The position numbers and the translations under genes were made by a program. Positions 40,024-50,414 of a stretch of 62,859 bases of DNA are shown here, piece after piece. Below the pieces are notes generated by a model, which was given only the letters and a program-made list of their open reading frames with translations, was not told the DNA's origin and searched no databases. Origin of the DNA: Cyanobacteria bacterium P01_A01_bin.123 (GTDB taxonomy: Bacteria; Cyanobacteriota; Cyanobacteriia; Phormidesmidales; Phormidesmidaceae). Location: assembly GCA_039815185.1 (NCBI GenBank), contig JBCBZT010000045.1:1-62859 (forward strand). Direction: 5' to 3'. Within the stretch, counting starts at the first letter, position 1, and every line of letters begins with the position of its first letter.

Positions 40024-40785
40024 TTAAAAAGTAGCTCCGACAACTCCACCATCGACGACGATGGTTTGTCCGGTAATATACTGAGCTTGCACTGAGGCCA
40101 AGAAAACAGCGGCAGCAGCGACCTCCTCGGGTGTGGCAAAGCGTTTGGCTGGGATTTGATCCACTAGGGCATTTCGTTCTGCTTCGTTAGCAAACAGATT
40201 TTCTAGGCGCTGAGTAGCTGTATAACCCGGTGCCACGTTGTTGACGGTGACCCCATCTGCGGCTACTTCGGTGCTGAGGGTTTTGGCAAATCCCGTTGTG
40301 GCTGCACGTAGCGCATTGGAAAGGGCAAGGTTGGCAAGGGGTTGCTTAATGCTGAAACTGGTGATGTTAATGATGCGTCCCCAACGTTTTGATTGCATAT
40401 CTGCCAATACGGTTCTGGCTAAACGCACGTTTGCCATGAGGGTGAGCTCGTAGCCCTTGGCCCAGGCGGCATCATCCAAGTCAACTGCCTTGCCTGCTGG
40501 GGGGCCGCCTGCATTAGAAATGAGGATATCGGGTGGGCCGAAGTTAGATCGCGTATAGGCGACCAGCGCTTCGATTTGATCCGGCAAGGTAACATCCGCA
40601 GCCATTCCCCCAACGTTGCCGCCAATATCGTGCAGATTGCTAATCGCTTGGTTGAGACGCCCAGGGTCGCGGGCACTGATGACCACCGTTGCCCCTTCTG
40701 CAGCAAGTCCCTTGGCGATCGCATAGCCAATTCCCTTTGAGCCGCCTGTGATCAATGCGATTTTGCCCTGTAGATGTAAGTCCAT
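40024..40785 (-). CDS. SDR family oxidoreductase
   Basis: TGGSKGIG, SNAGGPP, SNALR, NNVAPG and ITGQTIVVDGG. Confidence 0.93.
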   Translation of the reverse strand: MDLHLQGKIALITGGSKGIGYAIAKGLAAEGATVVISARDPGRLNQAISNLHDIGGNVGGMAADVTLPDQIEALVAYTRSNFGPPDILISNAGGPPAGKAVDLDDAAWAKGYELTLMANVRLARTVLADMQSKRWGRIINITSFSIKQPLANLALSNALRAATTGFAKTLSTEVAADGVTVNNVAPGYTATQRLENLFANEAERNALVDQIPAKRFATPEEVAAAAVFLASVQAQYITGQTIVVDGGVVGATF

Positions 40786-40873
40786 GCTTTACTTTTGCTA
40801 TCAGTGCTGATGAGCCAAACAATACCTTCCTAACCCGGCTAGAGTAGCAGCTTTACCCAAGCGCAACTTTAGC

Positions 40874-43800
40874 TCAAGACATAGAGCGAGGGAACCCAAT
40901 GCCATATCCCTGGACATAATCCACGCCGATCTGGGCCAGTTGTTTTTGAAGCACTCGGTTTTCAACCGACTCTGCAATGGTTTTGAGACCCATCACGTGC
41001 CCCACATGGTTAATTGATTGCACAATGGCATAGGTGGCCGGATCGGCAATATCTTTGATAAAGTGGCCGTCAATTTTGAGATAATCTACAGGCAGGCTCT
41101 TGAGATAGCCGAACGACGACATGCCGCTGCCAAAATCATCTAGAGCAAAGGGGCAGCCCAGTTGTTTTAGTTCATGGATAAAGTGTGTGGCTTGCTCTAG
41201 ATTAGCGATCGCGGTTGTTTCAGTGATCTCAAAGCCAATAGTTCGGGGCAAAATGCTGTACTGGGCAAGCTGTACCTTTAAGAAGTCAAGAAATTGGGCA
41301 TCCCCTATACTGGCCCCAGAAAGATTGATAAAGTGCAAAGCCTCTGGGAAAGGTTTAGCGTTTGAAGCCCTGATTGGTCGAGTCTGCTCAACATAGGCCA
41401 AAAAAGTCTGTACAACCCAGCGATCGATCTCTGTCATCAATCTGTAACGCTCTGCCGCCGGAATAAACACACCGGGTGAAATGAGTTCTCCGTCTTCATC
41501 GATCATCCGCAATAGGATTTCATAGTGAACGGTTTGTGCGCTATTCGGTTCACTGGTGTCGACAATTGCTTGGCGATGCAGGCAAAAGCGATTGTCTTCC
41601 AGAGCTTCTCTGATGCGGACAGTCCATTCTCGTTCATCCCGATGTCGGGCCAATTCAGAATCGTCTGCTTGATAAACATGGATACGGTTTCGCCCCCGGC
41701 CTTTAGCCGCATAGCAAGCGGCATCTGCAGCACTGAGAACTTCGGTCAGAACCCGACTGTTGGCATCCAAGACGACCAATCCAATACTGACACCGACCCT
41801 AAAGGTTTTGTCTTGCCAGAGAAAACGGAATTTTTGAATTGCTTCACGCAGCTTTTCGGTAATAGTCTCAGCGTGTTCTAACGAACAATGGTTGAGTAAA
41901 AGCCCAAACTCATCTCCTCCCAAGCGAGCTAAGGTGTCTGTCGTCCGGATTTGACAGCTGAGGAGTTGGGAAATCTGGCGCAAAAGTTCATCCCCGGCTA
42001 CATGACCACAGGTGTCATTGACCACCTTGAACTGATCTAAGTCCATATAGCAAAGCACATGTTGCTGATTGCCCTGCTGGGCTACTTGCAATATCTCTGT
42101 AAGCACCTGCTCAAATTGCCGTCGATTGGCCAAGCCCGTTAAGGCATCGTGGCTAGCTTGCCATGACAGTTGACGGGCAAGCTGGCGAGAGTGGGTCACA
42201 TCATGAAAGACCATCACAGCCCCAATCATTTGACCCATACGATTGCAAATAGGCGCGGCAGAATCTTCGATGCTGTATTCGATGCCCTGTCGAGAAACCA
42301 AAATGGTGTGGTTGGCTAGCCCTGTTACCTGGCCTTCGCGTAAAACGCGCTCAACCGGGCTTTCAACCGGCTCCCGCGTCACCTCATTAACGATTTGAAA
42401 GACCTCCGATAGCGATCGCCCCCTAGCAGCATTTGCATGCCAGCCAGTTAACTGTTCTGCAACCGGGTTGAAATACTCAACCTGCCCAAAAGCATTCGTG
42501 GTAATTACAGCGTCGGCAATGGAGTGGAGTGTGACCTGAGCCAGCTCTTTGCTGGCTTCAAGTTCTGCAGTACGCTGCATGACCCTTACTTCAAGCTCTT
42601 GATTGAGCCGTGCTAACTCAAGTTCAGCCTGTTTGCGCTCGGTAATATCTGTAATCGTGCCGATGTAGCCGTTGACCCGTCCATCAGAGTTGGTTTCTGC
42701 CACAGCTTGCCCAAAGACCCACGTCACATTACCTGTGGGGGTTTGAAGGCGATATTCTAGACGAAAGGATTGTCTAGCTTGAACCGCACGGTGCCATGTA
42801 GTAACGACATTTTCTCGATCTTCTTGGTAGATGCTTTGTATCCATCCAGTTCCCATTGCAGCGTCAAGCGTTACACCAGCGATCCGACACCAGCGATCGT
42901 TGACGTATAGACAGTTGCCTTCAGCATCTGTTTGAAAGATCCCAACAGGGACAGCTTCAGCCAAGTTAGCATAGCGCTGTTCCGATACCTCCACCTGGTT
43001 TTCGAGTTGGAATGCGCGGGCTTGTAGCCACTGCATGCGTTCATTTTGGAGTTGTTTTAATTGTTGTTGAAGCACCGCAACCGTTTTCTGCATTTCTAGC
43101 GGATCGAGGGCGGCTAGAATACTGGTTTGGGTGACAATTCCGACCAAAGCACCTTGGGCATTGGCAACGACCAAGCGTCTTACGCGCATTCGCGCCATCG
43201 TTTGATGGGCTTGCCACAAGGAGTCTTCGGGCCGGAGGCACGCGAGTGGCGTGCTCATGACGGTTTGGGCCTGATGAATATTTAAGTTCAGTTCCAAAGC
43301 CTGAAATTGAACAATATCGCGCTCAGTTACAATCCCAATGGGGATCGGGCTAGCTGCAGCGGGTGAGTTTTTTTGCTGCGTAATCACGACACAACTGACC
43401 CGATGGTTTGCCATCAGTTGAGCCAGACTTAGCACGGTTGTCTCAGGCGCAGCATCAATTACCTGAGTAGACATCATTTCTTCAACGTGACGTAATTTGA
43501 ACAAATCGGAGGGTTGCAAAACGCGACGGATACTGTTTGGCGTTGCTACCCCCAATACTTGCCCCTGGTTATTTAGGATAGGTAAGTGCCGAATTCGATG
43601 CCGCCGAAAGACACCCAGCGCAGTAAAGGGATCTTGTAACTCCGTTGCTAACAGCGTAATCAATTGCTGAGTCATGACGCTGGATACTGGGATGTTAGCG
43701 AGCTTGCTTCCCTGGGCTGCCAGCTTCACCACATCGCGTTCTGTCAAGATGCCAACCAGTTGGTCTGCATCCATCACAAGGGCATAGCTTGAATGCTTAG

Positions 43801-44002
43801 GCTTGTTTTGATCTAAAACAGATTCTTGGGAGGTTAAGGCACAGTCACGGATGCCCTGTCCCATTAGCGTAATCACCTCTAAGAGAGATGCCTCTGGTGA
43901 CACCGTCAGCGGATGGCGATCGAGGACGGTTGCTAAGGAAGAGGTGTGAAGAGAATCCACTTGATTTCCTTCAGTTTTGTGCAGGTCTTTATCGTCATCC
44001 AT
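40874..44002 (-). CDS. CBS-PAS-PAS-GGDEF-EAL c-di-GMP enzyme
   Basis: Four CBS repeats (GILTERD), two PAS/PAC domains, RTTD I-site, RLGGDEF, EIL and DDFGSG. Confidence 0.94.
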   Translation of the reverse strand: MDDDKDLHKTEGNQVDSLHTSSLATVLDRHPLTVSPEASLLEVITLMGQGIRDCALTSQESVLDQNKPKHSSYALVMDADQLVGILTERDVVKLAAQGSKLANIPVSSVMTQQLITLLATELQDPFTALGVFRRHRIRHLPILNNQGQVLGVATPNSIRRVLQPSDLFKLRHVEEMMSTQVIDAAPETTVLSLAQLMANHRVSCVVITQQKNSPAAASPIPIGIVTERDIVQFQALELNLNIHQAQTVMSTPLACLRPEDSLWQAHQTMARMRVRRLVVANAQGALVGIVTQTSILAALDPLEMQKTVAVLQQQLKQLQNERMQWLQARAFQLENQVEVSEQRYANLAEAVPVGIFQTDAEGNCLYVNDRWCRIAGVTLDAAMGTGWIQSIYQEDRENVVTTWHRAVQARQSFRLEYRLQTPTGNVTWVFGQAVAETNSDGRVNGYIGTITDITERKQAELELARLNQELEVRVMQRTAELEASKELAQVTLHSIADAVITTNAFGQVEYFNPVAEQLTGWHANAARGRSLSEVFQIVNEVTREPVESPVERVLREGQVTGLANHTILVSRQGIEYSIEDSAAPICNRMGQMIGAVMVFHDVTHSRQLARQLSWQASHDALTGLANRRQFEQVLTEILQVAQQGNQQHVLCYMDLDQFKVVNDTCGHVAGDELLRQISQLLSCQIRTTDTLARLGGDEFGLLLNHCSLEHAETITEKLREAIQKFRFLWQDKTFRVGVSIGLVVLDANSRVLTEVLSAADAACYAAKGRGRNRIHVYQADDSELARHRDEREWTVRIREALEDNRFCLHRQAIVDTSEPNSAQTVHYEILLRMIDEDGELISPGVFIPAAERYRLMTEIDRWVVQTFLAYVEQTRPIRASNAKPFPEALHFINLSGASIGDAQFLDFLKVQLAQYSILPRTIGFEITETTAIANLEQATHFIHELKQLGCPFALDDFGSGMSSFGYLKSLPVDYLKIDGHFIKDIADPATYAIVQSINHVGHVMGLKTIAESVENRVLQKQLAQIGVDYVQGYGIGFPRSMS

Positions 44003-44611
44003 AGTTGAGTTTTAGAAGAGAGCAGCGCTAGCAACGTGTAGTCGTTTCAAGTAATGAGCGTTGCTCGATACCAACAAGGGTTTAGCCCCTCCAACCCTAT
44101 GAACTTAGGGTAGGGACTCACTAATCTGTAGACCATTCTTAGGAAAAAATGGTTGGAACCCTGTTTGTATGGTCAACAGGGCAACTGAGATTTCTAGCTA
44201 TCTCATTTGACAACGATGCTCGTATACCAGTTTTTTGGGGGGAACACATCACTCAAGATTTTCTATTACTCATGAATCTCAAGTGGGCAATACAGAGACT
44301 GTCGCTGGCAGGGATTAATCCCTCAGCTCAGTGAATGGGGCTTCAACACATCGATAAGCTTAGCACTGCCTGTAAGTCTGCAAATGATCAAGACGGCAAC
44401 TTGCGGCTGGTTTTCACCATCAGAATCTTGGATTGAATGATTGTGCAAATGAGAATACCCTGAAAATCTGATGATTGCCGAATCAGCTAATTGCAAATGT
44501 CAATTCAGTTTGTCATCAGTGAGTCCCCAGGTAGGCCCCTTAGATTAGCAATCAAGGTCAGCAATCGATGCTGATGCCCTAACAAATCACTCATCGAATG
44601 GAGAACACATC

Positions 44612-45058
44612 ATGAAACGGATTGCATTGAGTATTGCTGGGTCTGCTGCGATCGCTTTGGCTGGATTTGGCGCATTAGCGATCGCTCCCGTACCAGTCCG
44701 GGCAGAAGTCACCACCGCCCAAGGATCTGAAATCATTTCGGGTGAATTCGTCACCGTAGAACAAGCTAAGGACACCACCGGAACCGTTCAAATTATTGAA
44801 GAAAACGGCCAAAAGTATTTGGAACTCAGCGAAGACTTTAGCACGGCTACCGGCCCTGCTGTTTACGTTCTGTTGCACCAAGATGAGACTGTTGGGGTCA
44901 ACCTGAGCGAAGACGATTATGTCGCGATCGCGCCCCTGGAAAGTTTTGATGGTGCACAGCGCTATGCAATTCCTGAAACGGTTGATGTGGATGCCTTCAA
45001 TTCAGTGGTAATCTGGTGCGAAGAATTCAATGTGACCTTCGGATACGCAGCAATCTAG
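44612..45058 (+). CDS. DM13 domain secreted protein
   Basis: Signal peptide ending PVRA, GPAVYVLL and SVVIWCEEFNVTFGYA. Confidence 0.9.
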   Translation: MKRIALSIAGSAAIALAGFGALAIAPVPVRAEVTTAQGSEIISGEFVTVEQAKDTTGTVQIIEENGQKYLELSEDFSTATGPAVYVLLHQDETVGVNLSEDDYVAIAPLESFDGAQRYAIPETVDVDAFNSVVIWCEEFNVTFGYAAI

Positions 45059-45086
45059 GGTGTTTATCAAGAGATCAATGTAAAGT

Positions 45087-45111
45087 AGCCAGGTGGCATT
45101 GCCACCTGGCT
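45087..45111. terminator. Bidirectional terminator-like hairpin
   Basis: AGCCAGGTGGC-ATT-GCCACCTGGCT between convergent genes. Confidence 0.65.
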
Positions 45112-45223
45112 GTTCTCTGATAGCACTGGCCAGATTGCTTAATGCACCGGGTAGCGCTGGGATACTCAGCACACACCCAATCTGGTTCGCAGTAGCGTCC
45201 AAAGCTTTGTGGCTACTGCGATA

Positions 45224-45643
45224 TCATACGCCCAGCATTGGCAGATGTTTTCTGCTGTGGTACATGAGAGCTAACGAAATACAATGCTTCAATTCATCTG
45301 TTGGTATTTCATCGTGCTCATCGAACACAATCGCTCGATTACCTTCAAATTGAAATTGATCTCTGTAAAGCGCCTTAAAGGTATTCAATAACTTAGTTTT
45401 GCAGTGAAAATACATGACGTATTGTTGGGGTTTTGACTGTTTCCAATCTATTCTGATTGTGCTGCCGCCTTTCGCGATGTAACTCGGTTCGCCCCATTTC
45501 AAAGTCTCTTCTACTGCCTCAATACCTTCTGTTTCTGAGGCTGTATCCAAAATCAATTGACGGAGAAAGAACAGTTTTTCCCGCATCTGTTTCGGATAAC
45601 TCTCAAATACCTCTGCCACCACAGAGTTTTCAATGGTGTTCAT
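45224..45643 (-). CDS. DUF1801 family protein
   Basis: ETLKWGEPSY, STIRIDWK, FHCKT and GNRAI. Confidence 0.88.
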   Translation of the reverse strand: MNTIENSVVAEVFESYPKQMREKLFFLRQLILDTASETEGIEAVEETLKWGEPSYIAKGGSTIRIDWKQSKPQQYVMYFHCKTKLLNTFKALYRDQFQFEGNRAIVFDEHDEIPTDELKHCISLALMYHSRKHLPMLGV

Positions 45644-45659
45644 GACGATAAACCCACTG

Positions 45660-47771
45660 CTAAACTGCCGCTTCTAGTGCCATAGATTGATCCGCAGACA
45701 ATTCTATACCTAGGCGAATCATAAAATTGCCGCTAGCTTCGACTATTGCCTGACTATTGGGGGGCAGCAGAATGGTGGAGTCTTTTTGAAAGATCACCGC
45801 AGGCCCTTCAATTTGCCCTCCAACCGGCAAGCGATCGCGCTCGAAGAAGTTCGTTGAATATTTTTCTAACTGGCCTTTTACCCGGAAGTAAGTGACAGCG
45901 GTCTTTAACCAAGCATTTTGCACATCCCCTGCTGCAGGCACCGGCAAACCTGAAAGCTTGGGCATCGGGCCAGTCCCCGTCACTCGTAGGGTAACCAGCT
46001 CCACGGTATTGTCTGGAAATGCGTGACCATATTCGGCGGTATGCAAATCGTGAAACTGCTGCCACACGGTCTGTAAGGCGGTTTCATCTAATTCTCCGCT
46101 GGGCACGAGTGCCCGCAGTTCGTAACCCTGGCCCACATAACGACAATCGGCAAAGCGCTGGAGCGTCATCTCTGCCTCGCTAAAGCCATCGGCTTGCAGT
46201 TGGGCTTTGACTTGGTCTTCCAGCGATCGCAGGTCAGCATTTAGCTTGGGCAGATTGGGAGCAGTGCTGAGGACAAATTCGTTTTGAATCAGGTCGTGCT
46301 TTAAATCGGTAGTCAGTAGCCCCATGGCGGAGGTGATGCCAGGATAGCGAGGCACAATCACCTCAGGGATCCCCAATGACAGGGCGACTTCAGCGGCATG
46401 CAAAGGGCCAGCACCGCCTTGGGCAACTAGAGCAAACTGGCGCGGATCTTGCCCCTTTTGAATCGTGCGGGAGCGGATCGCATTGGCCATGTTGTTGTTG
46501 ACAATAGTGAGGATGCCTGCGGCGGTTTCGTAGAGATCCAGCCCCATCTGGTCGGCCAGGGTCTGCACGGCAGCGAAGGCTTTATCGGGGTAGATGGCCA
46601 TTTCGCCGCCTAGAAAGTGCTCTGGATCCAGCCGATTGAGTACAACATTGGCATCGGTGACGGTCACTTCTGTGCCGCCTTTGGCGTAGCATACCGGCCC
46701 AGGTTCTGCCCCGGCACTCCGGGGCCCCACCCGGAAAGCGCCACCGTCATCCACATAAGCAATGCTGCCACCCCCAGCGCCAATAGTATGCACATCGATC
46801 ATCGGTACCATCACAGGATATCCGGCAATCCAGGTGTCGCGGGCAGTGGCTTCGGCAAAGCCGCGTTCGGTAACGATGCCAATATCGGTGCTGGTGCCAC
46901 CCATGTCAAAGGTAATCAGTCGGGCTCGGTCAGATTGTCCACCTGCGGCAGCCCCGCCCAGAACGCCAGCGGCTAGTCCCGATAACAGCAAAGTAACGGG
47001 TTGCTCTCCGGCGACTTCTGCCGTGGCAACGCCGCCGTTAGAACGCATGATGTGCAATTCTCCCCGTACCGACTGTTCTTTCAAGCTGCGGCTGAGGTTG
47101 TGGATGTAGCGCTGTACCTTGGGGCCGACGAAGGCATTGATGCAGGTGGTGGTAAACCGTTCAAATTCTCGAAACTGGGGAAAAATGCTGGCACTGGTGG
47201 TGATAAAGGCTTCGGGGTAGATCTCTCGGGCGATCGCGGCCACCTGTGCTTCATGGCGATCATCAAAGTAGGCGTTGAGAAAGCAAATGGCGATGGATTC
47301 AACCCCTGCTTCCTTCAGCTCTAGAATGGCGGTCCTCGCACCTGCTTCGTCCAAAGGCGTGAGGACTTGTCCTTTTGGATCGAGTCGTTCGGTCACCACC
47401 TTGCGATCGCGTCGTTTCACTAAGGGTCGTGCCTGCCAGGGAATATCCTGCATGATCGAATAGTGCTGGGGTCGCTGGTGGCGACCAATATGAACGATAT
47501 CTCGATAACCTTCAGTCGTTATCATGCCCGTGCGTGCCCCATCGTGGGTCAGCAGGGTATTGGTGGCGATGGTAGTGCCGTGGAGCACATGTTCAATATC
47601 TGTGTAGTCAGCTTCAGCCATCTGGCACAGCGTCTGGATGCCCTGAATCATACCAATGGAGGGATCTTCCACGGTCGTAGGCACCTTGTGAATCCAAGTT
47701 TGCTGCTGGGCCACATCTGCCAAAATCAAGTCGGTGAAAGTACCGCCAATGTCCACACCGATGAGTTTCAT
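45660..47771 (-). CDS. Hydantoinase A / 5-oxoprolinase (ATP-hydrolysing) subunit
   Basis: GVDIGGTFTD, HGTTIATN, DMGGTSTD, IGAGGGS, GGAGPLH and RYVGQGYEL. Confidence 0.93.
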   Translation of the reverse strand: MKLIGVDIGGTFTDLILADVAQQQTWIHKVPTTVEDPSIGMIQGIQTLCQMAEADYTDIEHVLHGTTIATNTLLTHDGARTGMITTEGYRDIVHIGRHQRPQHYSIMQDIPWQARPLVKRRDRKVVTERLDPKGQVLTPLDEAGARTAILELKEAGVESIAICFLNAYFDDRHEAQVAAIAREIYPEAFITTSASIFPQFREFERFTTTCINAFVGPKVQRYIHNLSRSLKEQSVRGELHIMRSNGGVATAEVAGEQPVTLLLSGLAAGVLGGAAAGGQSDRARLITFDMGGTSTDIGIVTERGFAEATARDTWIAGYPVMVPMIDVHTIGAGGGSIAYVDDGGAFRVGPRSAGAEPGPVCYAKGGTEVTVTDANVVLNRLDPEHFLGGEMAIYPDKAFAAVQTLADQMGLDLYETAAGILTIVNNNMANAIRSRTIQKGQDPRQFALVAQGGAGPLHAAEVALSLGIPEVIVPRYPGITSAMGLLTTDLKHDLIQNEFVLSTAPNLPKLNADLRSLEDQVKAQLQADGFSEAEMTLQRFADCRYVGQGYELRALVPSGELDETALQTVWQQFHDLHTAEYGHAFPDNTVELVTLRVTGTGPMPKLSGLPVPAAGDVQNAWLKTAVTYFRVKGQLEKYSTNFFERDRLPVGGQIEGPAVIFQKDSTILLPPNSQAIVEASGNFMIRLGIELSADQSMALEAAV

Positions 47772-48260
47772 ATTTCGAGTCTGCTACTGAGGGAATGGGT
47801 AGCATCTTAGGGAAGTCAGGTTGTGTCGAGTGTTCAGGCTGCACTGTTTACGGAAAGAACTAAACTACCCCACACTGATCACCAGTCCCATAGAGATGCT
47901 GACACGCTATTGGGGACATATTAACTCGTTTAGGAATGCTAGCAATCCTCAAAGACAAGTCCGTGATGATGAAGAGCTGACCTTTCCACCGAATCCCCCG
48001 TCTCATGATGTGATCAAAACCCATCCAAAGCCTTACAATATAGGTGTTTCGATGGGTTTCCAAGGCTATCGTGTTAGGCGAAAAGATTCTCTCTGATAAG
48101 TGGTTATGCTTTAAGTCTTTGCTGAGAAAGTCACAGATAATTCCTCTGATAGAGTTAGGCACAAAAAATAAAAGTCGTTATTAACCCGATACTCTCTGTA
48201 ACCCTACAAATTAACTGGATATGTCAGCTTAGATTGAGTATGTAAATAAGTTCAGCTCGT

Positions 48261-49835
48261 ATGTTAACCCTTCAAGCAAACAGCCTTAATTGGGCTTTAG
48301 ATCATGCGTTGAAATATGGTGACACAGATGTATTTCCACTCGCGTTTGAGTACGAAGCAATACAACATGACTGGACGAATCTTCGTGCATGGCTAGAAGC
48401 GCAAAATATTCTTGAGTGGCAAGTTCGACCGCATCGAACTCTTCTCTCACCTAAAGCCAAGCATGGTTTTAGAGTGATCACACAGTTAGATCCGCTTGAT
48501 TTTCTTATTTTTGCAGCCACTGTCAAAGAAATCGCTGCTGACATTGAGGCCAGGCGTATTCCAGCTAATCAGAACATAGTTCATTCCTATCGATTTGTTG
48601 CAGGCATAGATGGTCAGCTTTTCGATCACAATATTGGTTATGCAGGTTTTCTTAGGCAAGCTAAAGTTTTATTAGATAATGATTCAATTCAGTTTGTTGC
48701 CACTACCGATATTGCCGATTTTTACTCGCGAATTTATCATCATCGCCTAGAAAATGCTTTACAAGCATCTACTAGTCGTCAATCGCATGTTAAGGCAATA
48801 ATGCGACTCTTAGCTGGCTGGAATGGGACAGAAACTTTTGGTATTCCAGTAGGTAATGCACCATCAAGACTACTTGCTGAAATGACTTTGTCAGATGTAG
48901 ACGAAGCTCTTCTTGCAAATAGGATTTGCTTTATTCGTTTTAATGATGATTATCGAATTTTCACGAATAATTATTCAGAGGCTTATCGGCATATTGCTTT
49001 TCTCGCTGATGTTTTATTTCGAAATCACGGTTTGACGCTCCAACCACAGAAAACAAATATTCTTGATAGGCATACATTTCTCAATCGCTTTCTATCAACG
49101 CCTGAAGATCGTGAATTCAATTCGCTAAGAGATAGTTTTGAACGTCTCATTGCAGAACTGGATCTTTCTGACGACTATGAATCTATCGACTACGATGATT
49201 TAAATGTAGACCAGAAAGAACTAGTTGATTCGTTGAATCTGGCCGAACTCTTTCAAAACGAAATTGAAGTTGACGGAGAACCAGATTTAGCACTTATTAG
49301 ATTTATTTTGCGCCGTATGGCGCAATTAGGAGATACTTCGATAGTGGATGATGTACTAGATAATTTAGATATACTACATCCTGCTTTTCCTGACATCATT
49401 AAGTATTTAAGCAAACTACCTAGTTTAACAACCGAAGAGCGTAGAGATATTGGTGCAGAGATCATTGATTTACTAAAAGATTCAATTATTAGCGAGCTTG
49501 ATTATCATAAAATGTGGGCTTTGGATCTCTTTGCCCATTCGACAGAATGGAATAACCACGATGAGTTTTTTGGGTTGCTTGTATCAGCAAGAGATATACT
49601 AAGCAAACGGCAACTTATTCTGGCAATGGGCAGATCATCACAACGTCATTGGTTCCAGTCGCAATGGCGAAACTTATTTGATGAGCCGCACTGGTCGCGT
49701 AGAGCTTTACTTGCAGCAGCTAGCTGTATGCCCACAGATGCACGAAAACATTGGTATCGATCTGTTGAGGCTAGGCTCGATCCTCTCGAGACAGCTGTAA
49801 TGAAGTGGGCAAGACAAAATCCGTTTGGTAATTGA
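48261..49835 (+). CDS. Reverse transcriptase, UG/Abi (DRT-like) type with alpha-helical C-terminal region, carried as an integron cassette
   Basis: PKAKHGFR...LDPLD, TDIADFYSRIYHH, GIPVGNAPSRLLAE, RFNDD and GLTLQPQKT. About 230-aa helical C-terminus. No intron RNA or maturase X/En domain nearby. Confidence 0.88.
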   Translation: MLTLQANSLNWALDHALKYGDTDVFPLAFEYEAIQHDWTNLRAWLEAQNILEWQVRPHRTLLSPKAKHGFRVITQLDPLDFLIFAATVKEIAADIEARRIPANQNIVHSYRFVAGIDGQLFDHNIGYAGFLRQAKVLLDNDSIQFVATTDIADFYSRIYHHRLENALQASTSRQSHVKAIMRLLAGWNGTETFGIPVGNAPSRLLAEMTLSDVDEALLANRICFIRFNDDYRIFTNNYSEAYRHIAFLADVLFRNHGLTLQPQKTNILDRHTFLNRFLSTPEDREFNSLRDSFERLIAELDLSDDYESIDYDDLNVDQKELVDSLNLAELFQNEIEVDGEPDLALIRFILRRMAQLGDTSIVDDVLDNLDILHPAFPDIIKYLSKLPSLTTEERRDIGAEIIDLLKDSIISELDYHKMWALDLFAHSTEWNNHDEFFGLLVSARDILSKRQLILAMGRSSQRHWFQSQWRNLFDEPHWSRRALLAAASCMPTDARKHWYRSVEARLDPLETAVMKWARQNPFGN

Positions 49836-49842
49836 AGTGGTA

Positions 49843-49933
49843 GCATAACAACGCTCATGCACACCGACCGCCAAAAATCGATCGATATGGCTCAAAGGTA
49901 CTTCTTTGCGACGGGTGATGAGCAAAGTTATGC
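49843..49933 (+). other. attC site closing the RT cassette
   Basis: GCATAAC-AAC-GCTCAT(G)CAC...GTG-ATGAGC-AAA-GTTATGC, 91 bp, 7 bp after the RT stop. Confidence 0.88.
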
Positions 49934-49965
49934 CGCAAACTAATTGGTAGCAAAGATAACCTTAA

Positions 49966-50414
49966 ATGCAGCAGTATAAATCTGTAAATTCTGCTATGAC
50001 AGTTACGGAAAATTTGGCTGTGCTTCCTGTAAGTATTACCGCAATCTCATTACTTACAGGGATTGTCTATCAAGCCGTGAGTGAAGCCTTGGATCGACGC
50101 AGACATCCTCCACAGGGTGAACTTGTTGATATTGGGGGATTTCGTCTATATCTCAACTGCATTAGGCAGGGTACACCAACAGTTGTTATGGATGCTGGTG
50201 GGGGCGCTCCCTCAATTACATGGGGCTTGGTTCCATAGGCAGCCTGCCTTTGATTGTGTTGAGCCAAGGTTCTAAAGACTCAAAGATGAGTGATGAAAGA
50301 TTCCAGCAATGGACATCGCTTCAGTTAGACTTGACCCAACTACCGTCAAATAGCCAACGTATCATTGCAGAAAATAGTGAACATCTTGTGCAACTCGAAG
50401 CGGATTGCATTTAG
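49966..50414 (+). pseudogene. Alpha/beta hydrolase remnant with internal deletion (next cassette)
   Basis: N-terminal part PPQGELVDIGG...PTVVMDAG ends in a stop and is joined directly to the C-terminal part LPLIVLS...NSEHLVQ. Confidence 0.7.

Noticed and set aside
47821..48162. Short ORFs upstream of the RT as partner genes
   Set aside because: They overlap on opposite strands, have non-ATG starts and no motifs, and lie mostly outside the inferred cassette.
48261..49835. Retron, group II intron, DGR or CRISPR-associated RT
   Set aside because: No msr/msd inverted repeats, VTG motif, domain V/VI, TR/VR repeat pair or cas genes are visible nearby.
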